14,088 nucleotides of DNA from a virus (taxonomy: Duplodnaviria; Heunggongvirae; Uroviricota; Caudoviricetes), in IMG/VR virus record IMGVR_UViG_2695420814_000008; one strand, given 5' to 3'. A model generated the notes under the pieces. It worked only from the letters and a program-made list of their open reading frames with translations. It was not told where the DNA came from and made no database searches. Positions 1 to 9,498 of the stretch are shown here, in pieces. The position numbers and the translations under genes were made by a program. Positions within the stretch are counted from its first letter, which is position 1. Each line of letters starts with the position of its first letter.

Positions 1-79
1 GCCTTCAGGGAAAAATATCATCAGATGGCTGCTTAAAAAAAGAACAAATGGTAGTGTCCGCTATTGCCAGTACACCTCA
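1..79 (+). mobile_element. Right end of an IS3-family (IS600-like) element, including the last 11 codons and stop of its orfB (1..36); the element presumably continues left of the window
   Basis: Positions 1-79 match 5868-5946 (3' end of the transposase ORF 5085..5903 plus terminal sequence ending ...CACCTCA); sequence diverges at 81. RC of the end is TGAGGTG..., the TG...CA terminus typical of the IS3 family. Confidence 0.8.
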
Positions 80-206
80 GGGTATAAGGGGTTATGGCCA
101 CCGGACTACCAAACGGCTGCCAGCCCTCTTTCAGTTTATGTGTCAGCTTTTCCGCAAGATCTGACGGCGGCGCCGCCCTGACAACATCATAGTGTTTAAA
201 TGCCAT
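80..206 (-). pseudogene. 5' part of a small phage-associated gene (MAFKHYDVVRAAPPSDLAEKLTHKLKEGWQPFGSPVAITPY...) truncated by the IS600-like end; resembles small DUF1737-type prophage proteins (from memory)
   Basis: ATG at 206 preceded by GGTGGAAAG (SD-like); reading frame runs straight into the IS end at 79/80 (track ORF 33..221), so the native C-terminus is lost. Confidence 0.3.
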
Positions 207-466
207 GGTTCTTTCCACCATCTGAAAAATAATTCTTTAAAATACCTGACATGTAATACAGAAAAAACACAAAACCATACCTTAAATAAAAACCTGATTA
301 TCAAGCAGATATGCATGGATAAACTACAAGACGAGATATAAACCACCCTGCATTTAAATAAACAATAAACAACATCAGAAAAATAATTCTGCTCTATGGT
401 TTACATTCAAAAATATCATTTATACTTTTCAGAACATCACCAGCAAGGCATAAACAAGGAAACTAA

Positions 467-802
467 ATGAAGTGGATTGTGATTGATACAGTTATCCAGC
501 CATCATGCGGAATATCTTTTTCAGTCATATGGAGTAAAATAAAATTAATAATCTGGTATCAATCGGATGCTTTCTTACCTCCTGAAAGTATATTTACACT
601 GACTCACACAGGCATCATGCTCAATAACAAAGTGCTACCTGTAACCATTTACAACGTAGTACCATTCAATAAAACATTCTGGAATTCAATCAAAAATAGC
701 CAGGAATGCCCTACAAATACAGATAACGTATTGAATGAATGCTTTAATAACCGTTGCACTCTGCAAATATGTCCTTATGGACTAAAACAACAAAGTCCAT
801 AA
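467..802 (+). CDS. Hypothetical 111-aa protein in AT-rich DNA, C-terminal third Cys-rich; no family recognised
   Basis: ORF track; AAGGAAA about 7 nt upstream of ATG; long open frame in a block visibly AT-rich where stops are frequent by chance; followed by a strong hairpin at 837-858. Confidence 0.35.
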   Translation: MKWIVIDTVIQPSCGISFSVIWSKIKLIIWYQSDAFLPPESIFTLTHTGIMLNNKVLPVTIYNVVPFNKTFWNSIKNSQECPTNTDNVLNECFNNRCTLQICPYGLKQQSP

Positions 803-836
803 GGAGTTTACTCACATCTGACAAAATCAATATAAA

Positions 837-858
837 CAGCCCCTCCGGAGAGGGGCTG
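837..858 (-). terminator. Perfect 9-bp GC-rich stem-loop (CAGCCCCTC-CGGA-GAGGGGCTG); U-tract only on the minus-strand reading
   Basis: Inverted repeat read directly; on the minus strand it is followed by TTTATATTGATTTT, on the plus strand it lacks a T-run. Confidence 0.4.
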
Positions 859-1249
859 GAGAGTGGCGCTATGTGCCATTGCATGGTGCCGGGTGCCTCC
901 CGGTGAATTCAGTACCAGCACCTGAATCCGCGATTATCCCATATACCTACTCGCTGATTGCCCCTCCGCACAGGGGGATTCACCATGCCAGTTTCTTTTA
1001 ACAAACTCCCCGCAAACCAGACAACAGTCAACCGCCTGAATTGTGAAGTATTTAAAAATTTCTCCCGCTAACTGATACCCGGCTAACAGTCTGGCGTTTT
1101 CTTTTTCAGCAACGGGAAAGCAACAACCACCACACCCGCCACCAGCACACCGTCAGCCAGCACTGACATTATCCGGCTGCTGCAATGCCATTCACAAAAA
1201 CAGTAAGCAATCACTTTTTACCGTAACAGGTGATAATCCAGATATGTAT

Positions 1250-1603
1250 CTACCCCAGATGAGTAATCCGAAGTTCATCCATACCACAGGTCCTGGCTAT
1301 TCTGTTGTACTCCTGAACAAGAGCAAATAATTCTGAATTAGCAACCATGAACTCATCGCAAACCCTCTGTATAGCATCACTATTCAGAATAATAACGTCT
1401 CTTCCCGAAAGACGATCAGGAGTACAGAACAAAACTGTCAAACGGCTGAAGGCCTTTGCTCGTGCTGCATTGACTATATCAATACGCTGCCTAAGGATGA
1501 AACACCCCGACGCCTCATCAATATTCACTCTACCCACACCATATGAATGATAAATATTTAATGCTGAAAAAACCATTAGACCGTATAACAAACACTCAAT
1601 CAA
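1250..1603 (-). CDS. Hypothetical protein (117 aa from TTG at 1603; 108 aa from first ATG at 1576); not recognised
   Basis: ORF track; lies just downstream (minus strand) of the phage tRNA pair in the position where lambdoid phages carry moron genes; no convincing SD, and an overlapping plus-strand ORF (1347..1550) exists, so coding strand is uncertain. Confidence 0.3.
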   Translation of the reverse strand: MIECLLYGLMVFSALNIYHSYGVGRVNIDEASGCFILRQRIDIVNAARAKAFSRLTVLFCTPDRLSGRDVIILNSDAIQRVCDEFMVANSELFALVQEYNRIARTCGMDELRITHLG

Positions 1604-1713
1604 TACTTAACAGAACTTTTATTTTTGACAAACATAAAATATTTTCAACAATATCCTGAGCCAGGTATATTTCAGTATAAGGCTCTGCCGGAAGGAATCT
1701 GGAAGAATGAATA

Positions 1714-1790
1714 TGGCGCGCTGTACTGGATTCGAACCAGTGACCGATTGCTTAGAAGGCAATTGCTCTGTCCGGCTGAGCTAACAACGC
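1714..1790 (-). tRNA. tRNA-Arg, anticodon UCU (phage-type, argN-like)
   Basis: RC reads GCGTTGTTAGCTCAGCCGGACAGAGCAATTGCCTTCTAAGCAATCGGTCACTGGTTCGAATCCAGTACAGCGCGCCA: 7-bp acceptor stem (one G-U), GCTCAG D-arm, anticodon stem ATTGC/GCAAT with loop CTTCTAA, GGTTCGAATCC T-arm, encoded CCA. Confidence 0.85.
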
Positions 1791-1890
1791 TGAATACCGA
1801 TAATGGACCGCCATCGGGGACCCGCCCCCGCACCAACAACCCTGTTATCGTGTCGTCTGCTCTTCCTGATAAGCTAATGGCGGTTTGTGA

Positions 1891-1966
1891 TGGTGGCCCT
1901 TGCTGGATTTGAACCAGCGACCTGGCGATTATGAGTCGCTCGCTCTCACCACTGAGCTAAAGGGCC
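1891..1966 (-). tRNA. tRNA with CAU anticodon, most similar to tRNA-Ile2 (ileX/ileZ type, lysidine-modified) rather than tRNA-Met
   Basis: RC reads GGCCCTTTAGCTCAGTGGTGAGAGCGAGCGACTCATAATCGCCAGGTCGCTGGTTCAAATCCAGCAAGGGCCACCA: 7-bp acceptor stem, anticodon loop CTCATAA, T-arm GGTTCAAATCC, encoded CCA; overall close to remembered E. coli ileX. Confidence 0.8.
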
Positions 1967-2007
1967 GGGAGCAGAATAATAACGGTCCGTAATTAATTCC
2001 GCAATAA

Positions 2008-2034
2008 AAAACCCGCTCGGCGGCGGGTTGTAGA
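2008..2034 (-). terminator. Rho-independent terminator about 35 nt downstream of the Q-like gene (candidate tR'-type site or plain operon terminator)
   Basis: Plus strand AATAAAAAA-AACCCGC-TCGGCG-GCGGGTT; on the minus strand a 7-bp GC-rich stem is followed by UUUUUUAUU. Confidence 0.6.
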
Positions 2035-2068
2035 AACTCTTCTAACGTCAGGCATAAAACGCCCATAG

Positions 2069-2923
2069 TTATGACGAATTTACCACAGATTCCGGAAAAA
2101 TCAACCTAGTTACCTTTTTTAACTGCCGCTCAGCCCATGCTTCTTCAATATCAAACCGAGTCACCAGCGCATCATAGAATTTCTTAACTGTTTTTTCCCA
2201 TGACGCGCGTGTTATCTGGTTTGTCACCTCGCATATAGCATTAAATGCCTCCGTTGATGGTAGTCTTTCATAGCCACGACCACCACAACGCTGGCAGTCT
2301 CTGATAACAGGCATACCACGTTTTACCGACTCTTCACGATGAATGGCGACACCACGCCCACGGCAATCCTTACAGGCGGTGGAAACCTCACCCTTTCCGC
2401 CACACTCCGGACAGGCAACTTTTACCACCTCCCTGACTTTTTTCCATTCTTCCCAGTAAGACGGATACACACCTTTCGTACACTTTGCCCATACCGGCGG
2501 CTTACCATCCGGATACTGGACCTTGTTTGTAAAAACTACGCTTTCAATAAATTTTTCCCCATAGCAACAAGGGCACTGCTTTTTACTCGCTGCGCTGCGG
2601 GCATAATCCTCAAAAGCGTACGAAGCCATAATGCGCATCACTACCGGTTTTATTTCTGCCGGAAGTTTTCTCAACGCCGCCACACGATCGCACCGACTGA
2701 GTGCATAATCTGCCAGTAATTCTGTTGCCCGCGCCCTGTCATTCATACTGATGCCCATTTTCCCCAGGAACGCAGAAAACCCCATCTCAGCCCGATTCTG
2801 TGTCATGCCCTGCGCGGCCATCACATCAGTGATACTCAGCGCATCTTTTGACGTTGAGGCCGATGCATCGGTCAGGCAAGGGGATTTTGGGGAGTAGTAT
2901 TTCGGTAAATCTTCCAGTTTCAT
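2069..2923 (-). CDS. Lambdoid late-region regulator, putative Q-like antiterminator, carrying four DnaJ-type zinc-finger repeats (CPCCYGEKF, CPECGGKGE, CKDCRGRGV, CQRCGGRGY)
   Basis: 284-aa ORF; start ATG overlaps the rusA stop (ATGA); immediately downstream of rusA and upstream of a terminator and phage tRNAs, the canonical Q slot. Product assignment is by position plus motifs, not by recognised sequence identity. Confidence 0.55.
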   Translation of the reverse strand: MKLEDLPKYYSPKSPCLTDASASTSKDALSITDVMAAQGMTQNRAEMGFSAFLGKMGISMNDRARATELLADYALSRCDRVAALRKLPAEIKPVVMRIMASYAFEDYARSAASKKQCPCCYGEKFIESVVFTNKVQYPDGKPPVWAKCTKGVYPSYWEEWKKVREVVKVACPECGGKGEVSTACKDCRGRGVAIHREESVKRGMPVIRDCQRCGGRGYERLPSTEAFNAICEVTNQITRASWEKTVKKFYDALVTRFDIEEAWAERQLKKVTRLIFPESVVNSS

Positions 2924-3294
2924 TTTTTGACCTGCTCTTCATGCATTATGGGGTAAATCTTCACCCCCAGACGTCCACCAGATACTGGCTGACCACGAAC
3001 GATATTGATTTCATCAAACTGCTCATCGTCCATTAACACTCCCGCATGTGTCAGTGCATCCAGTGGTGCTTTCAGGATATTGTCCAGGTCACGACGGCGC
3101 TTATCCGGTGGCTCTGCAATAATCTTTATCGCCAGTCTTCCGGACAGGCTTAATTTCAGTCGCTGCTGACGGACAATAAGCGCCACATCCCGGCGATAAC
3201 GCTCACCGGCTTTTGATACAAAATATGTGTTGTCACGACGTCGCCAGTAAGTATTCACCGTCGGCGGATAAGGTAAAATAAACTCATGGCGCAT
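2920..3294 (-). CDS. rusA: RusA-family Holliday-junction resolvase (prophage crossover junction endodeoxyribonuclease)
   Basis: 124-aa ORF with ...PPDKRRRDLDNILKAPLDALTHAGVLMDDEQ..., matching the RusA catalytic-core motif (D-RRRDLDN) as remembered from E. coli RusA; typical nin-region location. Confidence 0.85.
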   Translation of the reverse strand: MRHEFILPYPPTVNTYWRRRDNTYFVSKAGERYRRDVALIVRQQRLKLSLSGRLAIKIIAEPPDKRRRDLDNILKAPLDALTHAGVLMDDEQFDEINIVRGQPVSGGRLGVKIYPIMHEEQVKK

Positions 3295-3551
3295 CAGCGC
3301 AGCACCTCCTGCACCAGTTTTTCAAACTTTCCGACTCTGGTTTCCAGCTCTGCCACACAGTCCACCAGCTCATCTACTGCTTTCTGTGCGCGATGCTTCG
3401 CCTGCATCAGTTCCCGAAGCGCGGGTACCATATCTTTACGGATAGCGTCTTTTGTTATGCCCGTTTTTTCGAGTTGTTCAGCATGACGCAGCATTTCCTG
3501 CGCGTGTTTACGCAATTGTTCAGGGGTAAAAGTCATTGTCTGGTTGTTCAA
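3294..3551 (-). CDS. Small hypothetical nin-region protein (85 aa from TTG at 3551; alternative ATG at 3536), predicted helical
   Basis: ORF track; stop overlaps rusA start by 1 nt (TGATG); GGAG 9 nt upstream of the TTG. Confidence 0.5.
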   Translation of the reverse strand: MNNQTMTFTPEQLRKHAQEMLRHAEQLEKTGITKDAIRKDMVPALRELMQAKHRAQKAVDELVDCVAELETRVGKFEKLVQEVLR

Positions 3552-3587
3552 AAGAAACGCTCCATCTTACTGCTGTCAGTTCGTTTA

Positions 3588-3671
3588 TTACTGTATCTGC
3601 GCGGATTGCCGGGCTTCATGGGAGTGGAAAGCACCCGTGCACTTTCCTGGTCCACAGGCAGAAAATGTCCG
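3588..3671 (-). pseudogene. 3' remnant (last 27 codons, ...RTFSACGPGKCTGAFHSHEARQSAQIQ*) of an upstream phage gene cut by the IS2 left end
   Basis: The open frame runs from the IS2 boundary at 3671/3672 to a stop at 3588; the track ORF 3588..3806 is this frame fused to IS2 sequence. Confidence 0.3.
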
Positions 3672-3826
3672 TAGACTGGCCCCCTGAATCTCCAGACAAC
3701 CAGTATCACTTAAATAAGTGATAGTCTTAATACTAGTTTTTAGACTAGTCATTGGAGTACAGATGATTGATGTCTTAGGGCCGGAGAAACGCAGACGGCG
3801 TACCACACAGGAAAAGATCGCAATTG
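3672..3826 (+). mobile_element. IS2 5' fragment: left terminal repeat (TAGACTGGCCCCCTGAATCTCCAGACAACC...) plus first 18 codons of orfA, then abruptly joined to an IS21-family end
   Basis: Matches remembered IS2 left end; 3773-3827 equal 5948-6002 of the longer IS2 copy; junction at 3826/3827 (±1, one shared base). Confidence 0.85.
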
Positions 3827-3885
3827 TGTCAACGCCACGATGTTTGACCGTTATTTGCCATTTTCATGCCCGCTAAATACTTTCG

Positions 3886-4890
<1,005 letters not shown>

Positions 4891-5946
4891 AGAAAAGGGC
4901 TCGGTACTCCTGGTTCCCGCACGGTGGCTGAACTGGAATCTGAAATTCTGCAACTGCGTAAGGCGTTAAATGAAGCTCGCCTTGAGCGAGATATATTAAA
5001 AAAAGCAACAGCGTATTTTGCACAGGAGTCGCTGAAAAATACGCGTTAATCGAACAATGGCGACAACAATTTCCCATTGAAGCGATGTGTCAGGTATTTG
5101 GTGTATCCAGGAGCGGTTATTACAACTGGGTACAGCATGAACCCTCAGACAGAAAACAAAGTGATGAGCGGCTAAAACTGGAGATTAAGGTGGCACATAT
5201 CCGCACTCGCGAAACATATGGAACCCGGCGGCTCCAGACGGAGCTGGCAGAGAATGGCATCATCGTTGGTCGTGACCGACTGGCACGTCTTCGTAAGGAG
5301 CTAAGGCTACGCTGTAAGCAGAAACGCAAGTTCAGAGCGACTACGAACTCGAACCACAATCTGCCAGTTGCGCCAAATCTGCTGAACCAGACGTTCGCTC
5401 CTACAGCACCAAATCAGGTCTGGGTGGCGGACCTGACGTATGTTGCCACACAGGAGGGATGGTTGTACCTCGCTGGCATCAAAGATGTTTATACGTGCGA
5501 AATTGTCGGCTACGCCATGGGAGAGCGCATGACAAAAGAGCTGACAGGTAAAGCCCTGTTTATGGCGCTCAGGAGCCAGCGCCCACCTGCCGGGCTAATC
5601 CACCACTCTGATCGAGGTTCACAGTACTGCGCATACGATTACCGGGTCATACAGGAGCAGTCTGGTCTGAAAACATCAATGTCGCGTAAAGGTAACTGTT
5701 ACGACAACGCTCCGATGGAAAGCTTCTGGGGAACGCTGAAAAATGAGAGCCTGAGCCACTATCGTTTTAATAACCGGGATGAAGCCATCTCAGTAATACG
5801 GGAATACATTGAGATTTTCTACAATCGTCAGCGTCGTCACTCTCGTCTGGGGAATATCTCCCCGGCAGCCTTCAGGGAAAAATATCATCAGATGGCTGCT
5901 TAAAAAAAGAACAAATGGTAGTGTCCGCTATTGCCAGTACACCTCA
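4891..5946 (+). mobile_element. IS3-family (IS600-like) element lacking roughly its first 200 bp: orfA 3' part (4891..5049), slippery A-run, orfB, right end
   Basis: orfA frame reads ...RKGLGTPGSRTVAELESEILQLRKALNEARLERDILKKATAYFAQESLKNTR*; orfB product has the DDE-integrase core; 3' end identical to 1..79. Confidence 0.8.
5085..5903 (+). CDS. IS3-family orfB DDE transposase domain (probably made as an OrfAB fusion by -1 frameshift at the A-run 4998-5005)
   Basis: 272-aa ORF with ...WVADLTYV..., HSDRGSQY, ...[14 protein letters not shown]... (D, D, E core); orfB frame is open back across the A7G slippery run and is -1 relative to orfA. Confidence 0.85.
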
Positions 5947-5947
5947 G

Positions 5948-6313
5948 ATGATTGATGTCTTAGGGCCGGAGAAACGCAGACGGCGTACCACACAGGAAAA
6001 GATCGCAATTGTTCAGCAGAGCTTTGAACCGGGGATGACGGTCTCCCTCGTTGCCCGGCAACATGGTGTAGCAGCCAGCCAGTTATTTCTCTGGCGTAAG
6101 CAATACCAGGAAGGAAGTCTTACTGCTGTCGCCGCCGGAGAACAGGTTGTTCCTGCCTCTGAACTTGCTGCCGCCATGAAGCAGATTAAAGAACTCCAGC
6201 GCCTGCTCGGCAAGAAAACGATGGAAAATGAACTCCTCAAAGAAGCCGTTGAATATGGACGGGCAAAAAAGTGGATAGCGCACGCGCCCTTATTGCCCGG
6301 GGATGGGGAGTAA
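5948..6313 (+). CDS. insC: IS2 OrfA (InsC), HTH transposase N-terminal protein
   Basis: [41 protein letters not shown]...; the track ORF starts at an upstream in-frame ATG (5915) that lies in IS600-like sequence; slippery A AAA AAG at 6265-6271. Confidence 0.9.
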
Positions 6314-7176
6314 GCTTAGTCAGCCGTTGTCTCCGGGTGTCGCGTGCGCAGTTGCACGTCATTCTCAGACGAACCGATGACTGGATGGATGGCCGCCGCA
6401 GTCGTCACACTGATGATACGGATGTGCTTCTCCGTATACACCATGTTATCGGAGAGCTGCCCACGTATGGTTATCGTCGGGTATGGGCGCTGCTTCGCAG
6501 ACAGGCAGAACTTGATGGTATGCCTGCGATCAATGCCAAACGTGTTTACCGGATCATGCGCCAGAATGCGCTGTTGCTTGAGCGAAAACCTGCTGTACCG
6601 CCATCGAAACGGGCACATACAGGCAGAGTGGCCGTGAAAGAAAGCAATCAGCGATGGTGCTCTGACGGGTTCGAGTTCTGCTGTGATAACGGAGAGAGAC
6701 TGCGTGTCACGTTCGCGCTGGACTGCTGTGATCGTGAGGCACTGCACTGGGCGGTGACTACCGGCGGCTTCAACAGTGAAACAGTACAGGACGTCATGCT
6801 GGGAGCGGTGGAACGCCGCTTCGGCAACGATCTTCCGTCGTCTCCAGTGGAGTGGCTGACGGATAATGGTTCATGCTACCGGGCTAATGAAACACGCCAG
6901 TTCGCCCGGATGTTGGGACTTGAACCGAAGAACACGGCGGTGCGGAGTCCGGAGAGTAACGGAATAGCAGAGAGCTTCGTGAAAACGATAAAGCGTGACT
7001 ACATCAGTATCATGCCCAAACCAGACGGGTTAACGGCAGCAAAGAACCTTGCAGAGGCGTTCGAGCATTATAACGAATGGCATCCGCATAGTGCGCTGGG
7101 TTATCGCTCGCCACGGGAATATCTGCGGCAGCGGGCTTGTAATGGGTTAAGTGATAACAGATGTCTGGAAATATAG
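6271..7176 (+). CDS. insD: IS2 OrfB (InsD), DDE transposase catalytic protein, 301 aa
   Basis: ORF track; -1 frame relative to insC; sequence matches remembered InsD. Confidence 0.9.
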
Positions 7177-7187
7177 GGGCAAATCCA

Positions 7188-8752
<1,565 letters not shown>

Positions 8753-8811
8753 CGAAAGTATTTAGCGGGCATGAAAATGGCAAATAACGGTCAAACATCG
8801 TGGCGTTGACA

Positions 8812-9218
8812 ACAGTACAGGACGTCATGCTGGGAGCGGTGGAACGCCGCTTCGGCAACGATCTTCCGTCGTCTCCAGTGGAGTGGCTGACGGATAATGG
8901 TTCATGCTACCGGGCTAATGAAACACGCCAGTTCGCCCGGATGTTGGGACTTGAACCGAAGAACACGGCGGTGCGGAGTCCGGAGAGTAACGGAATAGCA
9001 GAGAGCTTCGTGAAAACGATAAAGCGTGACTACATCAGTATCATGCCCAAACCAGACGGGTTAACGGCAGCAAAGAACCTTGCAGAGGCGTTCGAGCATT
9101 ATAACGAATGGCATCCGCATAGTGCGCTGGGTTATCGCTCGCCACGGGAATATCTGCGGCAGCGGGCTTGTAATGGGTTAAGTGATAACAGATGTCTGGA
9201 AATATAGGGGCAAATCCA
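8812..9218 (+). mobile_element. insD: IS2 3' fragment (last ~407 bp: InsD C-terminal 132 codons plus right terminal repeat), a second copy of 6781-7187
   Basis: Direct identity to 6781-7187 by inspection, including the terminal GGGGCAAATCCA; the track ORF 8800..9207 is this insD fragment with a spurious start. Confidence 0.85.
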
Positions 9219-9220
9219 CG

Positions 9221-9355
9221 GGGATACCAGTTCAACCGAAAACGCCAGAGGAGGGGATTACCCGCTGGCAGGGTAAATCTGTGGTTTTTGATGCCAGCTA
9301 TAACGTGTTTGACGATAAAGTATTACGAAAGAACTTTAATGAGTTCATGGAGTAA
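9221..9355 (+). pseudogene. Orphan 3' end of an unrecognised gene (...GIPVQPKTPEEGITRWQGKSVVFDASYNVFDDKVLRKNFNEFME*) cut off by the IS2 right end
   Basis: Frame is open from the IS2 boundary to a stop at 9353-9355; no start codon or RBS of its own. Confidence 0.3.
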
Positions 9356-9498
9356 TTCGTTAAAGTAATTTACAACGCTATCCTTTTGCAAAGGAAACTT
9401 TCAGAAAATAACCCCAGGGTAATCACCTGGGGAAGGAACACAGTGTTATTATTGGATAATAAATTATTACTTGTTTTAAAGTTACACTAATGCAATAT

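Larger units (their letters stand above)
5947..7187 (+). mobile_element. IS2 from the orfA start codon to the right terminal repeat (...GGAAATATAGGGGCAAATCCA); the ~100-bp left end is missing here and replaced by the IS600-like end
   Basis: orfA/orfB products match IS2 InsC/InsD from memory; right end at 7187 matches the IS2 IRR; upstream sequence is the IS600-like terminus, not the IS2 left end. Confidence 0.9.

Noticed and set aside
143-346. Minus-strand 67-aa ORF
   Set aside because: Low-complexity product in AT-rich DNA overlapping the better-supported 80-206 gene start region; no RBS.
1083-1169. 28-codon minus-strand ORF encoding a hydrophobic peptide (MSVLADGVLVAGVVVVAFPLLKKKTPDC), considered as a type I toxin or small membrane protein
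   Set aside because: Too short to support from sequence alone, no SD, and no antisense RNA or terminator arrangement typical of type I toxin-antitoxin loci; likely a chance ORF in a GC-richer stretch.
230-1713. Shiga-toxin genes (stxA/stxB) in the slot downstream of Q and the phage tRNAs
   Set aside because: Translated both strands and compared with the remembered StxA/StxB sequences; nothing resembling the StxA active-site region or the signal peptides is present. The architecture is Stx-phage-like but the toxin is absent.
2339-2719. Plus-strand 126-aa ORF
   Set aside because: Lies entirely antisense within the Q-like gene and has no RBS; the minus-strand gene has coherent motifs and operon context, so this is a shadow ORF.
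3286-3806. Track ORFs 3286..3486 (+), 3393..3674 (+), 3536..3721 (+) and 3588..3806 (-)
   Set aside because: The plus-strand ones are antisense to rusA and the nin ORF or run across the IS2 boundary; 3588..3806 is a chimera of a truncated phage gene tail (kept as pseudogene 3588-3671) fused to IS2 end sequence.
5915-5947. N-terminal extension of IS2 orfA ([11 protein letters not shown]-) suggested by the ORF track
   Set aside because: Those 11 codons are IS600-like terminal sequence that happens to be in frame; the authentic IS2 orfA start is the ATG at 5948, as in the other IS2 fragment at 3773.
7161-7187. N-terminus MSGNIGANP of track ORF 7161..7955
   Set aside because: These codons are the IS2 right terminal repeat read in frame; the IstA-homologous sequence begins at 7188 and lacks its true N-terminus.
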